DNA of 64,000 nucleotides. It comes from Octopus vulgaris. Lineage: Eukaryota. This document shows, in pieces, positions 11,374 to 25,734 of this stretch. The notes below the pieces were generated by a model. The model was not told the DNA's origin. It did no database searches and saw only the letters and a list, made by a program, of their open reading frames with translations. Both the position numbers and the translations under genes were made by a program. The stretch's first letter is position 1; each line of letters starts with the position of its first letter. Location: NCBI GenBank assembly GCA_951406725.2, contig OX597817.1:170004001-170068000 (forward strand). The letters are read 5' to 3'.

Positions 11374-13279
11374 CATGTCAAATAATAACAGATGTGAGAG
11401 AGCAGCTGAAATGATAGTGATAACGGTAACGATACTGATCATGATGATAAGAATGATTATAATAATGTCAATTATATTATATAACGTAATTTCATCAGAA
11501 GATGATGCTAAAAATAATGGTTGTTCTTTTGTTCTTCTACTGGTTTCATTTTATCTTTTTCATTTCATTAAATTATATGTAGGCTTCCAAGAATTGCATA
11601 ATACTGCAGCATCAGTTACTATACACTTCTCCAGTACAAAGAATATTTTAACACTAACCAGACTCCCCATAATATATTTATATGATGCACAGATTAAACA
11701 ACAGAACCTAATCTATTAAAGAACCTTTTCAAATGATAGAGAAAACGTATGAGATAGAAATAAAATCTAATCAGGGGCCCTTGAATCATTTAGATATGGG
11801 AATAAATATAATGAATCATGGCATGTAATAATAGATGTACAAAGGCATTAATGATTGATAGCAGGTGCTAGAACAGGTACAAATTGTTAAGTTGGCATTA
11901 AAGCGACAGATATTATCAATTACACACACATGCACTCTCTCTCTCTATCTCTCTCTCATCAAAATCAAAGAGTAAAAAAAGATGTTTAAATATAATTTCT
12001 TGTGGTAATGATTCTTTAACAAAAAACACTATTTAATGAAAATCATTAGTCTATCACGAACACATGCATGTCCTGCAGCTAGTAAGACTGACAATGATAG
12101 ACAGTACATATTTACAATTCACATAGTGCAAACAGAAAAATCTCACTTGTAACAAACTGAAAAGCATGTGTAATGAAAGAACTTCCAAATTCCATTAAAA
12201 CTTTCTTAAATGATATAAATTACTAAATTAAAATAAAATCTTCTGAACCTTGTGATGTGTTGATATTTTTATTGCGTTTTTGCATGTTTTAAAGCATCTT
12301 AAATCAGTTCTGTTTCATAAATTGTTCATTAAAGAAAGAAATTTTTTTGATAAAAATAAAATGAATTAACTTCAAACATACCAGTTGGTTTTGAAAAGGA
12401 ACTAAACTAACAATGAAATACTGAATTAGTATAGAGAATAGAGCAAAGAAAATCTAGAGTCCAAGAAAACTAGTGATAATCTCTATTGGTTAAAAAATAG
12501 TTAATAAAATCCATAGAATAATATGTTCATGTGCTTCAAAGCGCAGTGAGTTCTGATGTTTCCAGCAGTGAACAGCCCTGATTGAAACTTACCTATGCTC
12601 ACAACATACAGACTTATGAAATTTAGTAGGTTACATAGAGTGAACTTTGCTTTAGCAGCTAACTGTGATTAAAAGAAAGTCTTTACATTCCAGATGTTAT
12701 CTTTAAGAAGTAGTAAATCCCTGAGGAAATAAGTCTATTTTCATCGCTCTATCTTCCAACGTCATCATCTAATGGATCTTTCCTTTTGTGAGATAGTACA
12801 GCAATGTCTGAGGGAAATTTAGTTACTACTTTTTAGAAGGCCAAGCAATCATGTAGAGGTCTCATTCATTGGCTTATTGCTGCTTATGTGTCAATAGATG
12901 GTAGCAGGAAGGGTTAAATTTGAACTAAAGTCAGTGAACACTGAAATATAAAACTGAAAAATCATCCAGTAGAGACAGTTGTTTGGTTTTTTTGAAGGAG
13001 CAGAGGTTGCTGAGTGGTAAATTAATGTGAGATAAGATACCCAAACCAGCTTTTGACCAGTGATTGAACAACCTTAGTAACTTGTCAGTGAACAAGTACT
13101 ATATAGAAGTTAAAGCTAATAGACATTTGTGTATATCTGTACATCTATTATAGATTAGCTACCAAACAAACACCCACAAATATACATTAACAACAACAAA
13201 AATTTCAAGGAAAAAATTCACGTTTCTAAATAAATTTTCTAGAAATGAGTATCGGGTTTCCTCTTAATAATACATTGCT

Positions 13280-13489
13280 GTTACTTGGTGACTTCACTGG
13301 TGCTGGTGCCACATAAAAAGCACCAGTACACTCTGTTAAGTATTTGGCATGAGGAAGGACATCCAACTGTAGAAACAATGCCAAAACAGACATAGAACCT
13401 GGTGGAATCTTCTGGCTCATCTGTTCTTGTCAAACCGTCCAACCCATGTCAGTATGGAAAAAAAGATGGTAAATGATGATGATGATGAT
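13280..13489 (+). mobile_element. Older family A copy
   Basis: GGTGCCACATAAAAAGCACC..GAGGAAGGACATCC..CCGTCCAACCCATG..(GAT)n; similar copies 28455-28682 (+) and 41507-41696 (-). Confidence 0.75.
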
Positions 13490-13559
13490 TTATATATAGA
13501 ATAAATCAGGACACCTTGTAGTACATTGCATATTTTAAATTATTCATTTTAAGTTAAAT

Positions 13560-14400
13560 GTTATTGAATTGTAAAATATAATGGACATGTTTGCAGATTG
13601 AAATTTTTGAACATCTTAGAGAAATGAGATGTTGCAAAGAAACTACACAATCTGGTTTAAAATTAGACAACCTCCATGAAGTGGAAAAAAGAGATAGAAC
13701 ATGTGGAATTTATTCAAAATATATTTGTCACATTCAGGAACTTCTTCAAATGATTTAAGCATTAAAATCAAAACAATTACAATGTGCATGCAAGTTGCTT
13801 GTTGGATTTTGAGATCATTTAGAAAAAAAAGGAGAAAGGATATCATGTTACTTTTATGGGGAATATTTATTGTCAGCTGCCTGGAATATAGCTCCAAACT
13901 GTGGTTGCCACAAAGTGTCAAACTAACAGCAGAAGTTAGGGTAATCCAATGTTACTACACAAAGAAGACTGACTTGGTGCAACAGATAAACTAAAGGAAA
14001 GGCTAAAAGAACTGAGACTCTACTCCCTAGACAGAAGATGTGAAAGATGTGTGAGTGTGTGTGTGTGTGAGTGTGTAATGAGAGAGAGAGAGAGATCCTG
14101 GAAGGTCTAGCTCCTAACACTGGATCTGAAAGCTGTACTAATGACCAAATTGGGCAACACAGCATTGTACCAAAGATCCTGTCCTTTCCATCTACAGTAA
14201 AGGTGCAGTACTGTAACAGCTTAGGTTTCAAAAACCCCCAAACTTTCAACACTCAGAGATCAGTGAGTGATAGATGGGGATGTTTTCAAAAGAACATTTG
14301 GACCAATTTTTATTTGAGGTACAAGATGAATGTACGCTGCATCAGGAAACACGAAGAAGAGCAGTACTGTCTAACTTGCTATTCTACCAAAAACAGTTCC
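13560..14400 (+). pseudogene. CR1-clade LINE, decayed 3' ORF2
   Basis: WILRSFRKKRRKDIMLLLW..LEYSSKLWLP..IQCYYTKK..ERLKELRLYSLDRR..YCNSLGF matches the CR1 ORF2 C-terminal pattern. Confidence 0.8.
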
Positions 14401-16534
14401 AGAAAGAAATCTGGAAAGAGTGAAATTAAAACTAGTTACATTAAAGGCGGTGCTCCAGCATGACCACAGCCATTGGCTGAAACCAACAAAAACAGAAACA
14501 AATATACAAAGTTCACATTATCTTTCAAATATCAAGTGTATGTGCTGAAGTAAACAATTGATTTTAAATATTTTTCAGAATGGAAGTGTTCTTAATAAAA
14601 TCATCGAAAATAATTTCATTAAAAAAATCCCAGAGAAAAGAAAAATATGATAAGAGAAACTAAATGGTGAGTTACAATTAAAAATTGTTCTTCAAAAACA
14701 CATTTTCATTGATTAAAATAAAAGAATTAGATTGTCAGATAACCAGTAGAAAATAATTTCTTGTAACACTGCAAACTGTTTCAAGCAAACAGTTATAGAG
14801 ATTGCACATTCAATAATCCACGTGTTTTATGGCAATCCCTGTAGTTACTTATTAGCATATAACAGACAGCTGAATTTCTTTAGTTGGCTTTCATAATCTC
14901 AGGTTTTAAAATATCAATCAAGAAACTTTCAAGAGAAAGACAGGTTTTAGAAACGACTTAGTGCTGGAAGGAGAACCCAGTAAGGTTAAATATAAGCTAG
15001 AGTTAAATCCATAGTGAGATCATGCATTTAATCTGTGAATCCAATGAAACACAGATTAATATGACTTACTTCCACCGGAGAAGATATTAATTTAGAGTAA
15101 AACATCCTATAACTATTGTGTACAGAGGGCAGAGAATGACAATATAGATACATAAACAAAAGGAGGGGAGAATATAGAGCTGAATTCTAAATACTGATAT
15201 CTATTATTGATCTCAGATAAATCTAATGTTATAGGAAACTGAACTGAATAAATAATCTGTTAATAAATCCATTTTAACACCTAGGTTGTAATGTTGTCCA
15301 ATAAAGTGCAGCTACAACCTAAAATATGGGCTAGGAGGAGAAATAGCTGAAACAAGTGATATATTCTGAGACACATTTATTGCTGAAGATGGCTATCAAT
15401 TCAAAATTCTTCAAAAGATACAACATGAGATGAATACCCATTTTCATGTCTTGTTCGCAGATTATTTATATTTGTACATTTGCCTGTTGACTTTGTCTTT
15501 AAAGAATCAATGCAACTCAATTCATTCAAATCAGTTACTTTTGTCAAGAATTATGAAATTCAAAGATTCCAAGTAGAATTATTCTAATGACTAAAATACC
15601 TTTTACCATTCAGTGTTTAAAGAATGGCTAATATCAGACAATTCCATATCATATAAAGTGTAACCAGTCCTAAGGCTCATTGAATATCCTTTTAAGAAAT
15701 TTGAATAAAAATCTTATGAATTCATTGATACTGGTACTACTAAAATAATATCAATAGAGTGAATAGGTGGGTTGCATAGATACATTGACAATGCATTGTA
15801 TGTCATATGACTCCAGACATATTAATAAATAAAAGAGACATCTTAATCATTCAGGATGCAAGAAAAACTTATAAAATATAATTCAAAGCTTTAGACAAAA
15901 ATTGTAATATCTTCAAAGAATGGTGTAAAGTAGAAATTATAGCCACATCATTGCCATTATCACCGAAGTGTACTCCAGAGATTTCGGAAAAGCTTGAACT
16001 GTTGATATTATTGAAAAAGATGTTAGGAGTTTTATTAAAGCAAAATATATAGAATTAACAGAGTTTGCTTTAATAAAACTAATAATAATTTCTGCTTCTT
16101 TTTCTGGTGGTTATTATTTAAATTTTGTGACCTGAGTTAGTTACCAGTTAATCTATGGAAGACCAAATTCACACTATTAGTTCACAGATAATGGTTTAGG
16201 CTACACCAAGAACTATTTATTATCAAACTAGAAAGAGATTACTAGCTTGACAAAGAGCTTGCAGGTTGTATACATCATGATAAATACATCTAAAACCATG
16301 TCAGTTATTCCTTTCATTAATCAAATATCACAGAAAGGTGTCATCTGAGTGACTACCACAATAATATCATCATTAACTGATGCATGGCAGGTGGATAACT
16401 ACAAAGATAGACTGGGAGACCAAGTCATAGAAGCAGCTAAGAGTTTCAGTAAAATTAATTCAGGGAAGTATTAGTTTGAGTAAAATGTGGCTTGGGTTTG
16501 TACTAAGACTTGGAATCATAGATGGTATATTTCA

Positions 16535-17133
16535 AGGCGGCGAGCTGGCAGAAACGTTAGCATGCCGGGCGAAATGCTTAGCAGTATTTCATCTGCCGCT
16601 ATGTTCTGAGTTCAAATTCCACCGAGGTCGACTTTGCCTTTCATCCTTTCGGGGTCGATTAAATAAGTTCCAGTTACGCACTGGGGTCGATATAATCGAC
16701 TTAATCCCTTTGTCTGTCCTCGTTTGTCCTCTCTGTGTTTAGCCCCGTGTAGGTAGTAAAGAAATTGGTATTTCGTCTGCCGCTACGTTCTGAGTTCAAA
16801 TTCCACCGAGGTCGACTTTGCCTTTCATCCTTTCGGGGTCGATTAAATAAGTTCCAGTTACGCACTGGGGTCGATATAACCGACTTAATCCCTTTGTCTG
16901 TCCTCGTTTGTCCTCTCTGTGTTTAGCCCCGTGTAGGTAGTAAAGAAATTGGTATTTCGTCTGCCGCTACGTTCTGAGTTCAAATTCTGCTGAGGTCGAC
17001 TTTGCCTTTCATCCTTTCGGGGTCGATTAAATAAGTTCCAGTTACGCACTGGGGTCGATATAATCGACTTAATCCCTTTGTCTGTCCTCGTTTGTCCTCT
17101 CTGTGTTTAGCCCCGTGTAGGTAGTAAAGAAAT
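16535..17133 (+). mobile_element. tRNA-SINE family C with three tandem 184-bp bodies
   Basis: One head, then units starting 16583, 16767, 16951; TGGTATATTTC at 16523-16533 and 17134-17144. Confidence 0.93.
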
Positions 17134-17779
17134 TGGTATATTTCTAAGGAGACAATTGTAAGAGATGCTCTTAGATAAGATCATTCTATTTTACATTTGT
17201 CTAACTCTGGAAGGCCATCAGACAGAGTACCTACTTCAGTAGTCTGGCAGGTGATAAGGAAATTGGATATGAATGGCTGGTGAGAATAGTGCATGCTTTG
17301 TACAAATTTGTTATTGACAGTGAGTTTAGGTAAAGAATTTAATTTACAATTACATGTGCAAGAGAGTTCTGTACTTATCTGTTATCATTCAATATGGTGC
17401 TTAAGGTTTAATAACATAAGTGTTCTAAACTGAATGTCCCTGAGAGCTTTTATATGATATAGACACTTTTCTCATAATGATATTTGTCAAATCATTATTT
17501 CCTTCCATCTCCTCATTATCAACATCAATATTTGCCTTTTCGTCAGGCAAACAGTTGCAGAAAAAGTTGAAAACCACGAATCTTAGTTTAGGGTAGGTAT
17601 GGGCAACCTACAGTACTAGGGTAGCATGCAGCCCTTTCAGATATTTTGAAACACATACATAACTCATGATTATATAAGCATATTCAAAGTGAGAAATAGG
17701 TATGCAAAGTTGCATGACTGGCAGAGAACAAAGGCTGCAGATGTGATAAATGCATGAGTTACTGATAATAGGAGGAACA

Positions 17780-18520
17780 AAGAAATGAGATTCCCAAATT
17801 GCTGTGATAGTTCACTACTTAATTTCTTCTATGTAGGTGATGTGTTTACTACTAAATGTGATTATAATAAAAGTATAGTTAGTCAAATAATGAGGGGGTG
17901 GAAGAAATTTAGAGAGTTGTTGTTTGTGTTGATAACAAGGGACTTTTTTTTACTTAGTGTGGCAAGCAAATTATTATAAAGAAGTGAGACATTAGATATT
18001 GAAAGCTTAAGATATGCAAAGGCTGGAGAGAAACAAGATGAGTATGAGCTTACAGACATGTGATATTAATCTGGTGGAGTATAAGTAAACTGAAAGAGTA
18101 GCAAGACACATGTTTCATATATCGTATTAATGTATGAAGCATGTTTAAATGAATGGTACACAACAGTGATACATGGGCTATTGAATGTGTGAAATCTACA
18201 GAGGCTAGAAAGATAAGTCATGGATAATCTGTTAGGTATGTAGTGTTAAGGTACATGAAAAGCAGATGACAAGTGAAGGGGGGAAAGCCAGAAGCATTGA
18301 ATGTCTCAGACAAAGAATGCACAAGAGATGGGTTCTTTGGCTTATGTACTGTTTATAGACAGTGTGTACTGGATTGAAAGTTGGTATTGGCAGTCGGTAC
18401 CAAAAGAAAAATAAGACTTAAGAAATAATGAGGTCAGATTTGCAGACCAAAATGGTTGACAAGATGCAATATGGCAGACACATCCTGCCCATGGCAGTAT
18501 GAAATAAAAAAAAAACAATG
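17780..18520 (+). pseudogene. Decayed RTE LINE 3' end
   Basis: FFYVGDVF..SIVSQIMRGWKKFRELL matches RTE FxYLGD..RxGWxKFRELLP; ends in family-A-like CCCATGGCAGTATGAAA. Confidence 0.75.
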
Positions 18521-18666
18521 ATATATAAATACAAATGTATATATATTGTGCATGTATGTGGCCCTCTTTATTTTGACAGTCAAAGAAGTTTACTTTTACG
18601 AGAACTCTATGATTAAGGACATTCTGATAGCAACCATCGTTTTTGTTAGGTTTTTTTCTAGATATA

Positions 18667-19046
18667 CACTTGCGTCAGAAATTAATTAGCACTTCTCAAA
18701 TTTCTACATTAAATAGGTTAAATCAATTAACCTATGAGCTGTTCAAAACGTCTTACGCGATGAGAAAACTTAGTATGGTGTGATTTCGGTCCTTGCGAGG
18801 CGCTACCTATATCTATTAAACAAAGGAAGATTTGTCTGCATCTGCACTCCAAGTTGTTGTTGCACTGCTATGTCAACATCATAAGGCTGTAGACTCTCAA
18901 ACTGCTCTGCAAACAAAGTTACGTCATCGTTCTGCGCAACAGTGAACTCGCAACAAAGCAATAGTTCGAGATATGGCCACTAGGTGACAGCACATACCTT
19001 GAGTGAAGAGCAAATCAAGGGTGCTAATTAATTTCTGACGGTAGTG
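18667..19046. mobile_element. Tc1/mariner-type MITE, 380 bp
   Basis: TA|CACTTGCGTCAGAAATTAATTAGCAC ... GTGCTAATTAATTTCTGACGGTAGTG|TA. Confidence 0.92.
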
Positions 19047-21179
19047 TAAGGCTCTTAAGATTACATTGTCTAATGTAGTCTTTTCTTTTTAAGCTGTTAG
19101 GCTATGGTCTGAGAGGGCCTTGGCCATTATTGTTGGTATTTACCATGAATTAACATTCTTTTTTTTCAAGGAGACAGAGTGTAATTTGATGATTTGGATG
19201 TTATCTCTAGCAAGTCAAATGTCTGTGTAAAGGCTTCCTCAGTGTCTGGTTTCAATGTTTTGTAGAAAGAAAAATAAACAAGTCTACTGTGGTATTGCTC
19301 ATGATATTAAAGATTAAACAATGAGTTTGTGCTTTAAACATTAAACAATGAATTAATGAGATAAGGAACAAAAGTAGTGCATTGGTTAAAAGGTATTTCA
19401 TTGTAGAGAGAGAAACAAATACTTTCATAGGCTTTATAGGACAGGGAAACATTATTTGGGAATAATTATTTTGAGAAACCTCCATTGTATTAGAATTAAT
19501 GTTGGTAAATGGAATAAATGTTTAATACAAGGTTGCTTGAACCAAAATTCAAAACTTTGAAACTAGGGAAGTTGAAAAAGTACATAAAAATAGAGGAAAT
19601 TAAACAAGAAGTAAAATTTATGACATAATTATTAAATCATGATATACAAGCTCATTTTACAAGTTAAAAATTTATCTATCTTCATTTGTTGTAACATATT
19701 CCTGATTCTTATCATAGATCTCTTTTGAATTGGGAATAAAACTGAACAATTTAACAATCTATAGAATTCATACTACCAGGATGTAGTTTTGGAAATATTA
19801 GCTAAGTAATGTTTTACTATAAACAGGCAAATTTGGTTGCATTATAGTGAAAAGTTGTTTAATACAGAAAAGAATTACGGTATCTGTGATAAGCTGAGGA
19901 TTAAATAATGTAGGATAAGTTAGGTGAAGTGAAGGCATATATCAAGAGAATTGTACAAAGAGAATCTAAGCAGATGTTTCTCAGAAATCATACAAAGAAT
20001 AAAAAAAGAAAAGCAATCTGAATTCATTGGAATTAGCAAAAGAAGATTAATATGATTATGATTATAGAGAAGGAATGGAAAGTTTGGAATTGAATGAAAT
20101 AATGATTGCTAGTGATTAGAAATAACTAGGGCAGAAATAGACCATGAAAACATGGGAGGAAGTGATGATTGATTTGATAGAATTTTGGCTAACATTTTAG
20201 ATAAAGATAAAATGAGAAGAAATAATCAGATACACAAGTGTAATCAATAGCATCAATGAAGACAGAGACATTAAAGTACTCCTATTGATGAACTTTCTAA
20301 AAGAAATATTTCTGTCTTTTATGCATCTAATCTCTGATATGTTTTGCATTCTCTCTAAACTAATAGACAGTTAGTGGTCAGCAACAGCCAGATGTGTTTC
20401 CTCTGGCCCGGCAGAATCAGTAGGAGAAAGAACAATAATATAATTCCAATTCAAATAAACACATTTCAAACGTTTAACAGCTGAAATTTATTTTTAAATA
20501 TGCAATAATCTGGCTTTTAAAACTTGGTATTGAAAGGGTAAATGGCTATTCCTGTTCGTTTTAAAAATTAATTAAACAAAAGAAAACTTGATTTCATCTT
20601 TTCTGTAATTACAAAAGACTATTGAAAAGGTTGCTAGACGCAACAAAAATTTTAGGAAAATAAAAATAAGAAATAAGTGGAAATTTTATCGGTGAGTGTG
20701 TTAAATTATAAGGCACAAAAAGAAAATAACTCTCTCCAGACACAACAGAAAGTTCACAAAGAATCATAAAACAAACTCATCAAATACTGTCAATACATGG
20801 TGATTAAATATAAACTTATTTGTAAATAGATACAGCATGGTTGATACAAACATTAGAGAGCCAAAGCATTGAACTTTTCTTAGCTTTACAAAAATGAATA
20901 TTTGTGTATAATAATTCCCTAGATTAGAATCTAACATTTGACAGCATGAATGATAATGGCCAGGTGATCACTATTCAACTGCAATTGTGTATTGAATTTT
21001 GAACAGAGAAGTGTTACCTATGTGTCAAGTCAATACAATGAAAACACTGAAAATGTAACACAGAGAAAATGGAGGACCCATACAAAAGCAAAAAAATGGT
21101 TACTGTCACTTGGAAAGACATAATGTTGGAATTTTGAACATCTAATGACTTGTTCCATTTGAATGTATTTATAAATTGT

Positions 21180-21863
21180 TTCGGTGACTTCCCAAATATC
21201 TGGTACACAACTTCCCTGGCATAACTGCCCTGTCTATGAGTTCCTGCCATTTCTTGTCACTTTAATCAAAGGCTTTCAGTCAGATCACCCTATTGCAGCA
21301 AGTGCTGATGGAGTTCTCTCTGACACACAGTCTATGAGCTCTGGTGAGTCCCAGGGTTTAGTTACATCTCTCAACACACCTTCTTATATGCATCAATGAC
21401 CCTAATTGTTGTCACTTCCTACAACACAAAATCCTACATGGATGATACCAGATGTTCTACACTCAAGTGTAATCCACACATAATCTAATCTCCTCCTGTT
21501 AAATCAGCACCAACTCCATGGACAATGATCTTGAAAAACATCCAACAATAACTTCTGCCATTCTTTCTTGTTCAACAGCAAAGAGACACAATTAGTGTAC
21601 ATATCAAGAAAACTATAATGCATCTCACCTCTATCTCAGGAACATGAACAGCAGACAATTAGAACTCTTTCAATTGCTTCAAATGCTAAACCTCGCCATA
21701 ACCAAAGATTTCTCTCCTGGTGAACACAAGATTGCACCACAAAGGCTGGTCTTTCCCTTCAGAGCCAAAATATACTCCAACCTTCAACTGTTACCCACCC
21801 TCAACAAAGATTAAGTGAAACCCATGATAGAGTGTTGTTCCAATACCTTGGACAGTGTTGCTG

Positions 21864-21901
<38 letters not shown>

Positions 21902-22270
21902 CATAGACCACATCTAAAGAAAGGCCATTCAACTGGTTAGTACGATTTTGCAAGTAAACACACTTTCAATGTCTGCTCTTCCTTTTCTGATTTTTCCTAC
22001 TGTTACTACAATGGCCATTGCTTCTCAAAGTTGGCAACTCTGACAGTCCCAACTTATCTGTTCCTACTCCCCTTGTTATTCATATTGTGTGCGTCTCCAC
22101 AGACCCTGCACTAACCACTATGCTCAACCTTTCCTTCTCAGTATGTTGGCCCTCTACAAGTTCTTCCCTGAACATGTTCTCCATGACGTTATCCACTTGC
22201 AACAGTTTGAGAGCAACATTAACAATATTCTCATTGGTCTTGGAAGGCTTCTCAAGGCCATGGGAACATC
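21180..22270 (+). pseudogene. Decayed L2/CR1-group LINE: RT domain to 3' end, with internal (CA)n
   Basis: GFQSDHPIAASADGVLS..SGESQG (GVPQG)..CIND..SYMDDT (YADD)..VKPMIECCS..YYNGHC. Related 3' ends at 39590-39730 (+) and 62040-62235 (-). Confidence 0.75.
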
Positions 22271-22548
22271 TCTTCATCCTGACCATACTAAAAAAAATCT
22301 GAGTTTTAAACATTCCACAATAAATAGACATTTAAAATAAAAACGTAAAGTCCTGTTTATATAAATCTTATTAGAAACTAATCAATAATATTGATTTTAA
22401 AATAAAATACATTTTCCACAAATATTGGTTTCTTTTCCTACTTTAGAATGAAATAATCATTTTATACCTAACATTGACTATTATCAATAGGACTTTTTCT
22501 CTTTTTCTCACTTTATTTCTCACTTAATTAGAAGAAGAAGAGCAATGC

Positions 22549-22616
22549 TTATGACTGCTACATGGGGGACAAAAGGGCAGTCTTTATGACTGCTACATGG
22601 GGGACAAAAGGGCAGT
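22549..22616. repeat. 35-bp-period tandem duplication
   Basis: TTATGACTGCTACATGGGGGACAAAAGGGCAGT twice. Confidence 0.95.
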
Positions 22617-23197
22617 TGAAGGCTGAGGAGATCAATCCTCATTCCAGCATTTACATCTTAGCTCAGGAAATTTAAATTAATAGCATTTGCAACCTTATTT
22701 GGTGGGATAATAAAAGCGATATCAAATATTGGAATAGAAAATTGTGCAAGACCTTCCAGAATTTAGTCATAGTTTTGTTCACATCAATGAAAAAATTGAA
22801 TAACTGATTCAATAATTATAGATTTCTAATACTTTTTAAAGTTATTTGTCAAATCCCATTTGAACAAAATCGTTTAAGACATTTACTGCATTTACTTATA
22901 AATTGTGCTTTCGTCAATATATTTATCCCTCCTTCTATTTTGAGAATATTGAAGTAGCAAGTAAATCAATTTTTAAAATACTTGCCAGAGTAGTTCTTTA
23001 TAGTCTCATATACTAACCAGGCTTCCTTGTATATTTAAAATGAACATTGAACATTGTAATTTTCACATACACTTGCATACACACATCAAAGTTAAAAAAG
23101 AAAACTGTACCAGGATCCTAACGTAAGCAGACCTATTGATCACAAGTTTCAGTGATTAAGTAATAAACAAAATGTTCCAATATTCACAAATATATTA

Positions 23198-23385
23198 GAT
23201 GGTGAGATGGAAGAATCATTAACATGTTTGGCAAAATGCTTAGCAGCATTTCGTCCATCTTTATGTGCCAAGTTCAAATTCTCCTGGGGTCAATTTTGCC
23301 TTTCATCCTTTCGGTGTCAATAAAATAAGTACCAGCTGAACACTGGGGTCGATGTAATTGTCTTACCTCATCCCCTGAAATTTGA
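23198..23385 (+). mobile_element. Degraded tRNA-SINE family C
   Basis: GCCTTTCATCCTTTCGGTGTCAATAAAATAAGTACC. Other degraded copies ~5330-5465, 41210-41300, 45925-46110, 58992-59090. Confidence 0.8.
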
Positions 23386-25734
23386 AACCAATATTCACCA
23401 ATATAAATACTAATTCCCCACATTTCTCTACAATGTGTCGAGAATCCAGACCCATGCAAGACAGAGCCCTAATAGATAATTACTGAGAGTATAACAGAAA
23501 AAAGAAAGAAGTTTAAAATTGTGCAGATAAAAATATGAAACATAGTCTATCATTTGACATTAATAACAATTCTACAAGGAGCAAGCTCATGGCAGAATAG
23601 TCTGCACCACATCTTACAATATAATAACAAAAGTCAGTTTACTTGGACAGTAGATTAAGAACAATGCTGATCTAAGAGTATTGTTAAATTATACATAGTC
23701 CTACCATATTATATAAATTCACAAAAACTTGAAAGTATTAAAAAATATTGATGCTATATATTTGATTAACTGTTAACTGAGTAGTGTATCATAGGTAATG
23801 AAAATGTGCTTTAGAGTATACTCTATCAGGTAGTACAAGCTTTTGAGCTGACATTTCGATATGTAATCAAATAGACTGGACACTTGTAAACAAACATCTT
23901 ATTTCTAATTTCTCCATGGACGAGTTTTGATCTTAGATGGGATTCACTTTAGGGGGTGTGTATTTGTCGGTTTGTTTACAAAAGAATATAGCCTGAAGTA
24001 TTTATTTTTATTACACAAATAGGGACATCAGTAAACCAGTAAATTTGAATTGGATATATAGCACTTTTCTGGGAACTAGGTCAATTAATTAATTACTGAT
24101 CCTAGTAGGGATTCTCTTAGAGATTGATACTGGTTATGCTGATATTCTTTTTCTGTCCCGAGAGAAATTAGAAAAAAAGACATTTATTTACATTTTCTAG
24201 TGTACTCAGACACATGTTGCAGCATCAGATAAACTCATAATATAATATATCTATTCTATTTCAATATATTAAATAACATATTTTTGATAAATTTCATTTA
24301 CCTGAAATATAGTATTTACCCAAAATATAGTATTAGTGTATAGATAATTAATTAGTCAGTCTTGTTACTAGCAAAGCACTACGTATGCAAATCAGATTTA
24401 CCAATTTACCAAAGGCTTTGTAGTAGCGGTATCAGCAGCTTTAAGCTACCTTACTCTGGAGACAAAGGTGAATATGTTACCTCTGAAGAATATCTCAATT
24501 CGGATCAAACCCATTCAAATGAAAATCTCTTTTCAATTCGTACAGAAATTTGAATGAAATACATTTGTTTACACTTGTCCAATGTATCCCATTATACACA
24601 GCAGCAACAAATAGATAAATAAATAAATAAAAACTAGCACTGCTTGAAAGAATATACTGTAATATACAGTTCCATTATGCATTTTGATCTAGGAATTTGC
24701 CATTCTGAAGCAAACAAAAAGGACTCACAGCCAGTACTGATTAGAGAGTGTGTCAACCATGCCAATTAGTTAGGTCCCTTCACCATTACCAAAAAGAAAA
24801 AACACCAAATTGCAGAAGACACAATTCTATATTATAAATGGTAAATATAGTTCTGTATGTAATAGTGAGTTATATAATACACACATCAATGAAACTAACC
24901 ATCCACATTCAGTTTTGTGGTATTTGCTGATACTATAAAATTTTCATATATATTACAAGGGGCCTTGCTTTGGTTATCTATGCTTATGCTCATAGCTTAG
25001 CTTCCTCTTTGTGTATTACAGTCATTTTACATTGTTCTCATTTCTTTAAGCTGCCCCAAACATGTAATATATAAGCTGTGTATGTGTAGCAATAAACTTT
25101 CGGTTTGTCACATCTGTTAATTTTTACAAGAGTCTAAGCATTGATTTCTTGCAACCTTTGTTCATAGGGCAGCGTTTTGCACACAAGAATCAATTTTCTA
25201 GTTCTATGTAAGATTGATTGTCATTTCTTCCACATAAAACTTTGGAAACCAAATATACTGTGAACAGCATTGCTTCTTTATAAACGCAACATAACATAGT
25301 GCAATATATTTCACAATTTATATCCACTCTGAAATCTTTTTTTTTTTTTCTGGGCCCAAGTAGTGAGTAGACATGGTTTTTGTATTTGCTGTATTTGTAA
25401 CATTTGTTATTATTTCTTATACTCATTAAATGAGTAGATTTGTAGTAGCTCATTAAAATGAAAGCTATGACCTGCTAACAGCTCTCAGGGGGCAGTTTTT
25501 GGAGGTATGCTAACATAATAGAAGTAAAAATGCAGTAGTAGAAGGTGGAGGAAACAATGGTAAGTAGCATTTTAATTAGACACTGCAGTTTGAATTCACA
25601 GGAGAGAACTCAATGGCTTTTAGCAAAATTCAGTTGTTAGAATAATAAGTATGCCCTTCTAAGTCTAAATGCACAATTCTAGAATCTAATAGCTTGAATT
25701 TATATAAACTCTGTTTTTCCCAAAATAGCAATAA

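Noticed and set aside
15300-16080. Stretches translating like protein (AEDGYQFKIL, DIIEKDVRSFIKAKY)
   Set aside because: Many stops and no assignable family; needs a frameshift-aware search.
16583-17138. Regular repeats resembling a CRISPR array (also 43524-43875)
   Set aside because: No unique spacers, no cas genes, eukaryotic SINE/LINE sequence.
17594-17640. hAT-like terminus TAGGTATGGGCAACCT..GCATGCAGCCC
   Set aside because: No convincing partner TIR or 8-bp TSD found.
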